Positions 46,277 through 55,024 of a stretch of DNA of 64,000 nt are shown here, one piece after another. Position numbers and translations under genes: made by a program. Position 1 is the stretch's first letter, and each line of letters opens with the position of its first letter. The notes below the pieces were generated by a model, which did not search any database, had not been told where the DNA came from, and saw nothing but the letters and a program-made list of their open reading frames with translations. The stretch comes from a virus. Lineage: Duplodnaviria > Caudoviricetes. The stretch is taken from IMG/VR virus record IMGVR_UViG_3300028888_000122, positions 7,976 through 71,975 of that record; one strand, written 5' to 3'.

Positions 46277-46574
46277 AGCAAAGTTACTGCAAATGTATAA
46301 GGACGGGGAGCACGTCACAGACATTGCCAAAGCGTGCAAATGCTCAGTAAAGACAGTGTACAAGATCACATCGGAATGCGGTGTTCACAGGCGCACACGA
46401 GTCCACAAGAAAGACGAGGAACCAGAGCCCGCCCACAATGAAGTCGAACCGACGTACCGCGAAATCCCATCGCACATGGTTTTGAAGGCCGCTATCAACG
46501 ATCGCCAAAAGAAGCTGCTGGACGATTTGAAGACGTATAGAGCAACGCATGAAAAGCCATGGTATTTGAAATGA
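46266..46574 (+). CDS. HTH protein
   Basis: GEHVTDIAKACKCSVKTVYKI. Confidence 0.65.
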   Translation: MTNKAKLLQMYKDGEHVTDIAKACKCSVKTVYKITSECGVHRRTRVHKKDEEPEPAHNEVEPTYREIPSHMVLKAAINDRQKKLLDDLKTYRATHEKPWYLK

Positions 46575-46804
46575 GACCAAAGAGATACAAAGCGAAAAAC
46601 CTGAACGGTGAGTGGGTGACAGGCTGGTACGTCGAGGTGCACATCTCAGAGACCGACGAACACGACAGGCTGATTGGCCACAAAACGGTGCCGAGCCTGT
46701 TCAACGACGAGCCGGGCGAGAGGTATAAAGGCAGCTACTGGCACACGATACAGCCAGAGACGCTGCAAGAAATCAAAGAGCCAAAGCAATTGACTTTGTT
46801 TTGA
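46571..46804 (+). CDS. YopX-like protein ending in QLTLF
   Basis: RYKAKNLNGEWVTGWY...IQPETL; C-terminal QLTLF resembles the beta-clamp-binding consensus. Confidence 0.6.
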   Translation: MRPKRYKAKNLNGEWVTGWYVEVHISETDEHDRLIGHKTVPSLFNDEPGERYKGSYWHTIQPETLQEIKEPKQLTLF

Positions 46805-46838
46805 TACAAGCAATTGGCTTGAAATACGCAAACATCTT

Positions 46839-47033
46839 ATGGAATTTACATGGAACGACCCAATGCCGTACATTGATTTTTGGGAAACGATACTTGATAT
46901 GGGTGATTTTGACTGCACAAAGTACAAACTGCAGGCTATATGCACCGAAATCGAGGATGCCGAGTTTGAAGAAATAACGAGCGATGTTTTACAAGAGAGA
47001 TTATCACAGCCCGACGATCAAGCAGTTGATTAA
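46839..47033 (+). CDS. Hypothetical protein
   Basis: Acidic short ORF. Confidence 0.4.
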   Translation: MEFTWNDPMPYIDFWETILDMGDFDCTKYKLQAICTEIEDAEFEEITSDVLQERLSQPDDQAVD

Positions 47034-47349
47034 GGAAGGGCTCAAGCCTGGAGACGTGTTGTATTCCTACGGGTTGGGATTCATTAGCAAAGCCGTTTTC
47101 ATCAAGGTTGTCAACGGCAAGAAGTACTGCGATGACGGGAAAGTCCTCATCCAAGAGTATGTCGAGTTGCAGTTCGTCAACGAGGACAAGCCGTTCCGCA
47201 CGACATTGCATGACTGCAGTTGGGATATTACAGAGGAGAAAGCGATAGTCAGCGCGTTCAACGAGCATACGAGAATTGTTCGTGATTCGAATATTGAACT
47301 TAGCAGACTTAGCAAGATGATCAAGCGAAAGCAAATACTTATTCAATGA
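46984..47349 (+). CDS. Hypothetical protein
   Basis: Coupled ORF. Confidence 0.5.
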   Translation: MFYKRDYHSPTIKQLIKEGLKPGDVLYSYGLGFISKAVFIKVVNGKKYCDDGKVLIQEYVELQFVNEDKPFRTTLHDCSWDITEEKAIVSAFNEHTRIVRDSNIELSRLSKMIKRKQILIQ

Positions 47350-47816
47350 TGGAGAAGATTAGAGCGATAGAGATATTGAAAGACTTCAACGATTACAGGC
47401 GCAACGAAGGTGTCTATGACGTTGATGAGCCGTGCGAACCGAAGTTCACGGCGACGGAGATTGGCGAAGCGATAGACGAAGCCATTCGCACCATGTGCGA
47501 CAGCGAAGGCAAGTGCGGTATTATAGAAACCGTTATTAAAGAGACGGGCGTCAGCCTTGACGGTATCCGTTCGCAGAGCCGAGAGCGCGAGTTTGTCGTT
47601 GCAAGAGAGATTGCCGCGCACCTATTGCGCAGATACGGATACACATTCAAAGAGATAGGCGAAGTGATTAACCGCAGTCACTCAAACGTGTGTCACCTGT
47701 GTGACGAGGCAGAATACTGGGCCAGCGATCCAGAGAACCACCAAAGAGAGTTAAAGATATTGAAGCGAGTAGAACAACGAGTGGGAGAATCAAGCCAAGC
47801 CTCCCAAACGAAATAA
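47346..47816 (+). CDS. DnaA domain IV-like HTH protein
   Basis: IRSQSREREFVVAREIAAHLL...TFKEIGEVINRSHSNV. Confidence 0.7.
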   Translation: MMEKIRAIEILKDFNDYRRNEGVYDVDEPCEPKFTATEIGEAIDEAIRTMCDSEGKCGIIETVIKETGVSLDGIRSQSREREFVVAREIAAHLLRRYGYTFKEIGEVINRSHSNVCHLCDEAEYWASDPENHQRELKILKRVEQRVGESSQASQTK

Positions 47817-47858
47817 AAAAACGGGAGACGTTCAGGTTGGTCAAACCCGCGTCTCCCG
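47811..47858. terminator. Terminator at the convergence of the middle and left-running operons
   Basis: CGGGAGACG/CGTCTCCCG stem with an A tract (T tract on minus). Confidence 0.7.
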
Positions 47859-47879
47859 GATTAAATGTGCGTGTAATAG

Positions 47880-48098
47880 TTACTTGAGGTTGTTCTTTTG
47901 CTTGCAATAGTCATACAAAGCTTGAAACGCTTGTTTGCGTGTGTATCCGTTCTTGTCGCCATAGCGGATAACATCGCTCATCATAGTGTTGGTGCTTGTG
48001 CAAGAGTACATCTTGCTGCGATACTCAATGGTAACCTTGAAGTGCCCTTGGAGGACAGTGCCGATGGTCACGCGGTCTTCTAATTGTGATAGTGTCAT
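47880..48098 (-). CDS. Hypothetical protein
   Basis: Clean ORF with AT-rich leader. Confidence 0.6.
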   Translation of the reverse strand: MTLSQLEDRVTIGTVLQGHFKVTIEYRSKMYSCTSTNTMMSDVIRYGDKNGYTRKQAFQALYDYCKQKNNLK

Positions 48099-48119
48099 AG
48101 TTTTTTGATTGATTATTAG

Positions 48120-48587
48120 TTAGTCTTCAACGAGTGTTACTGAACCAAAGTAGAACGTAGTCTCGCCGTACTTGGCCTGTTCAAGATATGACAGGAGCTG
48201 CGGCAAAGTGAGAAGGTTTGTCGTGTCGTAGCCGACAAAGAACAGGTCATCGATGAAATAGAGCGTGTTCAACGCCTTCCATGACGACATTACTGAGCCA
48301 GAGAAGCCGCTGAAACGGACATCATAGGCGTGTGCGATAAGTTGATCACAGTAGTCCTCGGCGCAAGCCTTTGTGGTGCCATGATAGACCATCTCGTCGC
48401 CGTTGATAGAGAAGCACTCCTCGGGGAGCAGCGTCTTGAGCTTCACGATAGCCTCACGGCGAACGCTTTCCTGGATTTCGAATATATCGTCATACGGGCA
48501 GAAGTGCCAATTAGCTATAGACGCAGAATCACGGAATTGCTCTTTGTTGAGCATCAGTTGGTAGATGAATTTTTCTTTTTCACTCAT
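48120..48587 (-). CDS. Hypothetical protein
   Basis: Clean ORF with AT-rich leader. Confidence 0.65.
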   Translation of the reverse strand: MSEKEKFIYQLMLNKEQFRDSASIANWHFCPYDDIFEIQESVRREAIVKLKTLLPEECFSINGDEMVYHGTTKACAEDYCDQLIAHAYDVRFSGFSGSVMSSWKALNTLYFIDDLFFVGYDTTNLLTLPQLLSYLEQAKYGETTFYFGSVTLVED

Positions 48588-48638
48588 TTGTTTTAGTTAT
48601 TAGTAAGTTGATTAGGGGTGGTGTGATGCCACCCCTTC

Positions 48639-49583
48639 TCATTTAAAGAACTGCAGTGTCGTCTCGTCGATTTCCTTGTCGGCGCAGATGTAGTTGCGCC
48701 ACGTGATCTGCGGGTCGGAGTGTCCCATGAGCCGTGCGATGGTCGTCACCGCAGAGCCATGCAGAAACAGGAGCGTGGCGAAAGTGCGCCGTCCCGTGTG
48801 AGACGACACGAACTGCCACTTCGGCCCTTGTTCCTCCGCTCCCCGCCTCGTCAGCGTCACAGGTTCGTTGATATGCGCCCTGCAACAGAGAGAGCGCAAC
48901 GTGTCGTTAAACGTAGCCATGCGTGTCACAGGTTCTTCGCTGTCATCCTTTGCGAGATACTGTCCAAGCCACCTGTGCAACGGCACAGTCACCTGGTTTC
49001 CCGTCTTGACAGCCCGGTAGGTCAACGACTTCTTGCGCGTGTTGGCATGCTTGGACGATATTCGCTCAGCGTCGATATGTCTGGCTCCAGTGAGCGCTTC
49101 AATCATGAACACACGTTTGACATAACGTTCCGTTGCGTTTATCGTGCGCACATCGTTAAGCCGCTCCAACTCATCCTGTGTAAGATACACCGCTTCTGAC
49201 GGGTTGCGCTTCATCTTCAAAGACCTGTTGATGTCGCACACCTCCAGCGGGTCTTTCCCCTTGTGTACATCATAGTTATTGGCGTTGAGCACCGCCTTGA
49301 CCTGTGAGCACAGAGTCTTTACCGAAGAAGGGCACCGTCCGTTACTCAGCGCTTCACGCAAGTCACGCAGGTTGCTGTCGGTGATGTCGTCCCACGTGGG
49401 CGCGTGACCGAGAACTGCCGAGAACACATCGAGCGTCTTGCCAGCGTTAGGCCACTTGGTGAGGAAGCGACCGATGAACGACTTTCGCCATTCACCGATG
49501 TCGTCCCCCTCGTTGTAGTAGCCTTTCTTTGTCGCCTTCTTGACCGCAAGCAACACCTCGAACGGATAATAGTTGTCGCTCAT
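48639..49583 (-). CDS. Second tyrosine recombinase, lacking an arm-binding domain
   Basis: TGARHID, SSHTGRRTFAT, LMGH, RNY: catalytic set intact. Confidence 0.85.
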   Translation of the reverse strand: MSDNYYPFEVLLAVKKATKKGYYNEGDDIGEWRKSFIGRFLTKWPNAGKTLDVFSAVLGHAPTWDDITDSNLRDLREALSNGRCPSSVKTLCSQVKAVLNANNYDVHKGKDPLEVCDINRSLKMKRNPSEAVYLTQDELERLNDVRTINATERYVKRVFMIEALTGARHIDAERISSKHANTRKKSLTYRAVKTGNQVTVPLHRWLGQYLAKDDSEEPVTRMATFNDTLRSLCCRAHINEPVTLTRRGAEEQGPKWQFVSSHTGRRTFATLLFLHGSAVTTIARLMGHSDPQITWRNYICADKEIDETTLQFFK

Positions 49584-49747
49584 AGTCCACGCTCCCTTCT
49601 ATGTTTCTCGAACTTGTAGTCATCGTACTTGCACTTGATGACAAAGCCGATGATGTAGAGCACAACGCCGATACCGACCATAGCGAATCCGTACCAGCCA
49701 AGCAGCATGACTCCGAAGATGAGCCAGATAATAGAAGCAAATCTCAT
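49580..49747 (-). CDS. 55-aa two-TM membrane protein (absent from the ORF track)
   Basis: MRFASIIWLIFGVMLLGWYGFAMVGIGVVLYIIGFVIK...; ATGA-coupled to the recombinase; TAACTTTG promoter box at 49777-84. Confidence 0.6.
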   Translation of the reverse strand: MRFASIIWLIFGVMLLGWYGFAMVGIGVVLYIIGFVIKCKYDDYKFEKHRRERGL

Positions 49748-49811
49748 TGTTTCCCTTTTTTGAACTATTTGTTTTGCAAAGTTAATAAAATTCTTCCAAC
49801 ATAGTTAAAAA

Positions 49812-50117
49812 TCAGCAAAAAAGATTTTTATTTTCAAGAAAATATGGTCTCCATCCGCATGTTTGCGTGATGTCACACCACACATCCTTGATGTTCTCCT
49901 CCCAGCCGTTGTCGATGTCCTCCTGGATGATGCCGATGTCCAACGTATTGGGCAGCGTGTAGAGGATGATGCGGCACTGGAACCAGTCATCGCGGAATGC
50001 GATGGTGTGGCGGTATCCTTCATCGTCCTCGCAGTCCAACACGAAATGTCGAGCTGCCCCTTCGCGTTCCCTGAGCACGAACTCCTCGAACTCCTCGAAA
50101 GTGAGATAATGTTTCAT
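49812..50117 (-). CDS. Hypothetical protein ending ENKNLFC
   Basis: Downstream of hammerhead 1. Confidence 0.65.
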   Translation of the reverse strand: MKHYLTFEEFEEFVLREREGAARHFVLDCEDDEGYRHTIAFRDDWFQCRIILYTLPNTLDIGIIQEDIDNGWEENIKDVWCDITQTCGWRPYFLENKNLFC

Positions 50118-50149
50118 TGTTTGATTGATTTATTAGTTAATAAAAGTTT

Positions 50150-50213
50150 GTTCCATACACCCGCAACACGTACGGGTGTTTCGTCGCCTTTCAGCGGTAC
50201 TCATCAGTGGAAC
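50150..50213 (-). ncRNA. Type I hammerhead ribozyme 1 (GUA site)
   Basis: GTTCCA-CTGATGA-stem II-GAAA-CACCCG/CGGGTG-TA-TGGAAC. Confidence 0.85.
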
Positions 50214-50215
50214 TT

Positions 50216-50452
50216 TTAAACATCGAACCCCATGTCGCCCGTCTCGTAGTCGGTACCATAGGCCTCGTTGCATCTTTCCATTTCACACTCAGGGATATAA
50301 GAATTCCCGTTAAACTAAAAGTCGCCCCGGTCGAGCACGTTGCGCAGAATTGTGCCACCCTGCGGATCTCCCGACATGAGGACGTCGTACTCCTCGTTGG
50401 TCACATGGATGAAGGCGCCGAGGCGCATCCACACTCTCCTGTTATTGTCCAT
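50216..50452 (-). pseudogene. 79-codon gene interrupted by an in-frame TAG at 50315-50317
   Basis: MDNNRRVWMRLG...LDRGDF*FNGNSYIPECE...GFDV. Confidence 0.6.
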
Positions 50453-50454
50453 AA

Positions 50455-50727
50455 TCAAAACATGTTGTTGTCGATAAGTTCTACTTTAGTGATGTCGAGT
50501 TTGAGCCCTTCGGTGTTGAAGTCCCATCCGATAAACGCATAATTCTCGGTGCGGTAAATCTCCGAAACGTCACGTCCGAACGCTTCCTCCTCCTTCATCT
50601 CGTTTTCAGCAATCTTGTTGAGTTTAGCCCTCGCCGCCTCTCTTGACTTGAAAGCATACGACTCAACCTCACCATTCGCTCCAGGGTCGGAGGAAATGCA
50701 AGTAACAGTTAAAATATAGAGTTCCAT
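50455..50727 (-). CDS. Hypothetical protein ending DNNMF
   Basis: Clean ORF. Confidence 0.65.
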   Translation of the reverse strand: MELYILTVTCISSDPGANGEVESYAFKSREAARAKLNKIAENEMKEEEAFGRDVSEIYRTENYAFIGWDFNTEGLKLDITKVELIDNNMF

Positions 50728-50737
50728 GTCTCACACA

Positions 50738-51382
50738 TTAAAAAAAGTTCTTGTCCTCGTCACCCATCAGTTGAATATCATCGCCGAAGTCAAAGCACTC
50801 GTCAGTTACATCATACGCAAACACATAGATGTAGTTGTCGGTGCCCTTGTTCTCGTCGTTGAACCGCTTGACCGCATCTGCATCGCCGTAGCCCGTGAAC
50901 TCACGGACAAAGTTATAGGCATCGTCCTCGGTAGAGAAATAGCCAGAGTGGTAGTCGTCGCCGATGCTGATATCCACAAAATACCGCTCGTTGAAGTACT
51001 TGCCTTCGGCATCGTTGGTCTGCAGTATTTGGCAAAACTCTTCCTGCAGGCTGTAATAGATGCCGATTCGTTTGAAGCGGATGCGAAGTGCCTCGGCGAA
51101 CTGCGTGCGGCTCCACGCCTCCTCCGTGCTGAACTTGAGCGCATTGTCGTCGATCCATATCGGTCGAGACGCGATGAACGCACGGAAATAGCCTAACGAC
51201 TTACCCTCTGCGTCTTCGGTTGGTATGCGCAACGCATGAAGTACGTTGCCCACCCAATCCTGTGCAGACATCTCCTGTTTGGGAAAATTGCCGTCTATCA
51301 CGTCGCAGATGGCCTTGTTGATACACTTGAGGTCTTCTTGTGAGCCCTCGATGACATAGTCGGTATAACACCAGTTTGGCAT
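50738..51382 (-). CDS. YubB/DUF1281-like ferredoxin-fold protein ending DKNFF
   Basis: MPNWC start; F.TEEAW motif. Confidence 0.65.
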   Translation of the reverse strand: MPNWCYTDYVIEGSQEDLKCINKAICDVIDGNFPKQEMSAQDWVGNVLHALRIPTEDAEGKSLGYFRAFIASRPIWIDDNALKFSTEEAWSRTQFAEALRIRFKRIGIYYSLQEEFCQILQTNDAEGKYFNERYFVDISIGDDYHSGYFSTEDDAYNFVREFTGYGDADAVKRFNDENKGTDNYIYVFAYDVTDECFDFGDDIQLMGDEDKNFF

Positions 51383-51403
51383 AGTTGTGATGAATTTTAA
51401 TTG

Positions 51404-51556
51404 TTAATAATCTGTGTCGCCTGTGAGATAGTCCCACACGTTCTGAATCTTGCACATCATGTGGTACAAATCGTCAGCGCCAGCATCTCCGGTTTCGTAA
51501 TCGGTTAATACGTGGCAAAACTCATTGCACACATCGTTCTTCTCCATTTGTGTCAT
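51404..51556 (-). CDS. 50-aa hypothetical protein (absent from the ORF track)
   Basis: MTQMEKNDVCNEFCHVLTDYE...; open frame filling the gap. Confidence 0.55.
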   Translation of the reverse strand: MTQMEKNDVCNEFCHVLTDYETGDAGADDLYHMMCKIQNVWDYLTGDTDY

Positions 51557-51567
51557 AGCCCTAATGA

Positions 51568-52047
51568 TTAATCATTAAACAAGTTATTGTCGTGTTGCTC
51601 GATTTGGCGGAACGCCTCATCGTATTGGTCTGCCACAACGCAGAAGCTGCCGTGACGTTCCTCGTAGGCATCGATACCAGCGGGGTTGTCGTCAACGCAC
51701 TCGATTGTTCCGTCGTCGTCACGGAAAAACAGAGCGATTTCAGTAATCGAGTAGATGAGCGCAGGATCGCCGTGCGTCCATCCGTGCACCTTGCGGTACA
51801 CAAACAGTTCGCTACCCTTGTTCAGCCCGATAATCTCCTGTCGTGCAGAAGCCCAACAATCGTTGACACACATGGAGAGTTCGTCCTCGTAGAAGCCAGA
51901 GGCATAGAGATTCCATCCGTTGCCATTGTTCACTTCGACGCAATAGGACGCGCCCTCATCTTCGACACGCATCGCGTAGCCGTACTGAGCGAGTTCATCG
52001 TTTGCGAACTCCAACAAAGACTGCCAATCATTGATTCTGTTAGCCAT
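51568..52047 (-). CDS. Hypothetical protein ending DNNLFND
   Basis: Downstream of hammerhead 2. Confidence 0.65.
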   Translation of the reverse strand: MANRINDWQSLLEFANDELAQYGYAMRVEDEGASYCVEVNNGNGWNLYASGFYEDELSMCVNDCWASARQEIIGLNKGSELFVYRKVHGWTHGDPALIYSITEIALFFRDDDGTIECVDDNPAGIDAYEERHGSFCVVADQYDEAFRQIEQHDNNLFND

Positions 52048-52082
52048 AATTGAATTGATTTTATTAGTTATTAATGTTAGTT

Positions 52083-52145
52083 ACTCCAGACACCCGCTGG
52101 CAGTCGGGTGTTTCGTCGCAATTCCCAGCGACTCATCAGTGGAGT
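52083..52145 (-). ncRNA. Type I hammerhead ribozyme 2 (GUC site)
   Basis: ACTCCA-CTGATGA-GTCGC/GCGAC-GAAA-CACCCG/CGGGTG-TC-TGGAGT. Confidence 0.92.
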
Positions 52146-52301
52146 TTACTCGTATTCGAGTGTGATTTCGATGATGTCTTGTATTGACATGAGTTCATAG
52201 CATTCGTCGCAACAACCGTATGAAGATGTTATCCAATGGGTCTCTTTGTCCCAATCTATCTCACGCCCACAGTTGTTACAGTGATATACATGTTTTTCCA
52301 T
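52146..52301 (-). CDS. 51-aa zinc-finger protein (absent from the ORF track)
   Basis: HCNNCG...CCDEC. Confidence 0.55.
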   Translation of the reverse strand: MEKHVYHCNNCGREIDWDKETHWITSSYGCCDECYELMSIQDIIEITLEYE

Positions 52302-52318
52302 GACGCCAAATTTGAATT

Positions 52319-52594
52319 TTAGAAACGGTAATAAAAGTTTACTTGCCAGATTTCGGCATTGTCACCAGTGTTGACGATATTTGCTTCGTTCTCGTACACG
52401 TCGCAAATCACCTCCCTGCCGTCGTTCTCTTCTTCTTTATTGAAGTTGCGCAGGTTATCGCAGATGCCCTTAATTTCTTTCTTGAAGAAATCACGGGCTT
52501 CTTGTTCATCACTAAACCACCTTATGGTCTGGCTGAAAGCGTCGTCGTAACGTTCCGTTGAAGTCGTCACAACGATAAAAACTTGATTGTCCAT
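52319..52594 (-). CDS. Hypothetical protein
   Basis: Start reassigned to MDNQVF, downstream of hammerhead 3. Confidence 0.6.
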   Translation of the reverse strand: MDNQVFIVVTTSTERYDDAFSQTIRWFSDEQEARDFFKKEIKGICDNLRNFNKEEENDGREVICDVYENEANIVNTGDNAEIWQVNFYYRF

Positions 52595-52628
52595 AATGAT
52601 TGAGTTTATTAGTTTGTAAAAGTTGATT

Positions 52629-52687
52629 GTTCTGGACACCGCCAACGCGTAGCGGTGTTTCGCCCATTGAGGGCTCGTCAGCAGAAC
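52629..52687 (-). ncRNA. Type I hammerhead ribozyme 3 (GUC site)
   Basis: GTTCTG-CTGACGA-GCCC/GGGC-GAAA-CACCGC/GCGGTG-TC-CAGAAC. Confidence 0.92.
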
Positions 52688-52828
52688 TTACTGTTTCCAC
52701 CATTCGGCAATCCATGACCGCTTGGCAATAGTGGGATACGTCTCCATTGCTTCTTTCAAAGTAGCACAATGCGTATTGAAAGCATACACACCATATTTCG
52801 TCCTAACCCAAACTTCTTTCATAGCCAT
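52688..52828 (-). CDS. Small hypothetical protein
   Basis: MAMKEVWVRTKYG...; start reassigned. Confidence 0.45.
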   Translation of the reverse strand: MAMKEVWVRTKYGVYAFNTHCATLKEAMETYPTIAKRSWIAEWWKQ

Positions 52829-52841
52829 AGCGATAATGAAT

Positions 52842-53240
52842 TTAATCAATGAAATCGGTGAAATCGTACACTTCGGTGCCGCCATCATAATCATACGGCC
52901 GCTTGCGCACTTCGTAGCCGAGCCACGAGCCGTAGTGTAGTCGCTTGAATATGTGATAGCCAGCATCACGCAACGCCTTAAACGCGGCTCTCATTTCTGC
53001 ACCATTGAACTTATATGACTGCTCGTCTTTGTGCCATGGCTCATGGTGGAAGCTTGAACCCTTGCCGTTGTGTAGGCAAACGAACAATGTTGCTCGGCGG
53101 TAGCACCCCTCGCTGTGGGGGTGAAACGTAGAGAAGGCCTTTTGTGCCAAGAACGCCTCGCAGATGGCTTGTACCACATGCGGTCTCACTTCGGTAGGTT
53201 GAACGTAGTCGTTTTTTGGAATGTTGATTGTGATTTCCAT
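52842..53240 (-). CDS. Hypothetical protein
   Basis: Downstream of hammerhead 4. Confidence 0.65.
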   Translation of the reverse strand: MEITINIPKNDYVQPTEVRPHVVQAICEAFLAQKAFSTFHPHSEGCYRRATLFVCLHNGKGSSFHHEPWHKDEQSYKFNGAEMRAAFKALRDAGYHIFKRLHYGSWLGYEVRKRPYDYDGGTEVYDFTDFID

Positions 53241-53274
53241 AATGATTGAATTTATAGATTAGTAAAAGTTAGTT

Positions 53275-53336
53275 ATTCCTGATGCCGGCACGAAGCCGAC
53301 ATTTCGTCTTAATTTTCAAAGACTCGTCAGAGGGAT
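53275..53336 (-). ncRNA. Type I hammerhead ribozyme 4 (AUC site)
   Basis: ATCCCT-CTGACGA-GTCTT/AAGAC-GAAA-TGTCGGC/GCCGGCA-TC-AGGAAT. Confidence 0.88.
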
Positions 53337-54101
53337 TTACGGCATCTCGTCGATGATGGTTCTCAGCATATCGAGCGACGTGCCTTGTTGGTTGACAAAC
53401 TCCAACAACTTGTCTTTGATGGTTGGCTGCTTGGGTACATCTGGAATCAATGAACCGTCGAGACCGATGATCTCAACAGACCCCTTCATCGTTGCTTGAG
53501 CTTGAGCGTATGTCGCAAAAACTTCGCGACCCCTGCAGAAGTGATCGGCAATGCAATCAAGAACCTCACGTTTTGTTTTTGGCGTTGAGATAAACTCTAC
53601 GACATTGTCCCTTTTCTCAGCTTGGTAAAGGCTGTGTGCGGGAACAAGCCTGTTGTTGACCTCGTCATATAACATAAAGTCAACATCAACACGCCCAGTT
53701 TGAATGCTTGTGCCTGATACGTAATGTCCATACACAACAAAAGAGCCACAAGCCCTGGAAGAAGAGTCGTCATTACAAAGGCCATAGACATCGACTTGTG
53801 CATCAGCTTTCTGTTTCTTAGCGATATTCCCCGCATAGAAATCATCTACAGAATTGTAGATGTCACACTTTTCGGAATATGAGCTTGAATGGTCAAGTGA
53901 CACATTCAAGTGAGTTGTGCATCTGCCTTCTTGTATTTTTAGCACGCCTAAATTGGTGTTGACGAACAATAAACACTGATGCCCATTCGCCATAGACATG
54001 AAGGTGCAGATGACTTTACCTGCGATAAGCTGGTTTTTGCCAAAAACGTTTGTGTGAAGATACACAGTTGAACCTTGTGGTAAAAAATAGACGTGATACA
54101 T
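53337..54101 (-). CDS. Hypothetical protein
   Basis: 254-aa ORF, more AT-rich than its neighbours. Confidence 0.65.
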   Translation of the reverse strand: MYHVYFLPQGSTVYLHTNVFGKNQLIAGKVICTFMSMANGHQCLLFVNTNLGVLKIQEGRCTTHLNVSLDHSSSYSEKCDIYNSVDDFYAGNIAKKQKADAQVDVYGLCNDDSSSRACGSFVVYGHYVSGTSIQTGRVDVDFMLYDEVNNRLVPAHSLYQAEKRDNVVEFISTPKTKREVLDCIADHFCRGREVFATYAQAQATMKGSVEIIGLDGSLIPDVPKQPTIKDKLLEFVNQQGTSLDMLRTIIDEMP

Positions 54102-54136
54102 AATTGATTTGATTTAAAAAGTTGATAAAGTTAGTA

Positions 54137-54240
54137 TTCGCAACCGCCGCCCGCCATTACAGGAAGGCGACACGCTCGTGGCTTGATGCGCTTGTACGTT
54201 CCGCCACGACGGAGTAGGCTATTTCGCACGGAAACGGCCC
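54137..54240 (-). ncRNA. Unassigned structured RNA in a ribozyme slot
   Basis: Stems TCGTGGC/GCCACGA and GTCGCC/GGCGGG; ACGAGCGT shared with 56664-56717. Confidence 0.4.
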
Positions 54241-54306
54241 TCTACGGCATTTTCTCGCCGCAGACGTAGAGTTAATCGTTTGAAGGGAATTTTGCGCTTA
54301 GAATTT

Positions 54307-54343
54307 AAAAAGACAGTCCCGCGCTTCCCAACGCAGGACTGCC
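54307..54343 (-). terminator. Intrinsic terminator
   Basis: GGCAGTCCTGCG/CGCGGGACTGTC stem plus T5. Confidence 0.7.
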
Positions 54344-54397
54344 ATCAACTATCTAATTTTATACATTATGTACAAATGTCTCAATCAAGAGACGGCG

Positions 54398-54429
54398 CAA
54401 AATTAGTGCTTAGTTTTGGATTGCGCAAA
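54398..54429 (-). promoter_or_regulatory. Sigma-A promoter
   Basis: TTTG-20nt-TAATTTTG. Confidence 0.65.
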
Positions 54430-54433
54430 TTTT

Positions 54434-54613
54434 TTACTCTACTTGTTCAATGTCTCTGTAGCCCGTACGGGCGTAGAGAATGTCGTTCATTGTCTCCTCG
54501 CTGTAGCCGTTGATGTCGGCAACGAGGCTGATTTCGGCTTCGGTAGCGATGCCGTTGTCGATGAGAAAATTCTTAACTCTTTCGCAATCTGTGTCGTGAT
54601 AGATGTAACTCAT
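54434..54613 (-). CDS. 59-aa hypothetical protein (absent from the ORF track)
   Basis: ...FLIDNGIATEAEISLVADINGYSEETMNDILYARTGYRDIEQ. Confidence 0.65.
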   Translation of the reverse strand: MSYIYHDTDCERVKNFLIDNGIATEAEISLVADINGYSEETMNDILYARTGYRDIEQVE

Positions 54614-54649
54614 AGTTCGATTGATTTGTCAGTTAGTAAATGCGGATAG

Positions 54650-54707
54650 TTGCCCGTCGAATGTCCGGCATTCGCTCGGCTCTGTTTTCAAGCCGATAAA
54701 CGGGCAA
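54650..54707 (-). ncRNA. Unassigned three-way-junction RNA, motif A copy 1
   Basis: P1 TTGCCCGT/ACGGGCAA; P2 TCGGCT-TGAAAACAG-AGCCGA; P3 CGAATG/CATTCG. Confidence 0.65.
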
Positions 54708-54716
54708 GACCGAACT

Positions 54717-55013
54717 TTAATCAGTGGTGCGGTAGTAATACTCGGCATCACTACCACTCAGGTTGTCGCAGCACCAATCGTGACACTCGTTCCACAGGTC
54801 GTTATAGACGCGTGCAACGTTCTCGTTCTTCTCGTACCACTGCCAAATCTTCCAATTCAGCACGAGCGAGAGTTCGGTGATGTACACGATGTTGCCCCTC
54901 CACTCGGTGAACGCGCGGTGGTAGGTGTCAACGATAGCGTCGGTGCCGAAGACCTCGGCAATCGAGAAGTCCTGCCAAAAGGTGGTCTTCGTTTCGTATC
55001 CATTCACATTCAT
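54717..55013 (-). CDS. Hypothetical protein
   Basis: TTFWQDFSIAE...ELSLVLNWKIWQWY...YYRTTD motif. Confidence 0.7.
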   Translation of the reverse strand: MNVNGYETKTTFWQDFSIAEVFGTDAIVDTYHRAFTEWRGNIVYITELSLVLNWKIWQWYEKNENVARVYNDLWNECHDWCCDNLSGSDAEYYYRTTD

Positions 55014-55024
55014 AGCAATAGGTA

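Noticed and set aside
34977-47879. 15-nt inverted match CTATTACACGCACAT (34977-91 versus 47865-79)
   Set aside because: A few 15-mer matches are expected by chance in an all-against-all comparison of 64 kb, and no mechanism is evident
54137-54240. HDV-like/theta or twister-sister ribozyme
   Set aside because: GCGAAT and TACAAGC resemble parts of these classes, but I could not build the nested pseudoknot or the GCAAG/GCUCA loop
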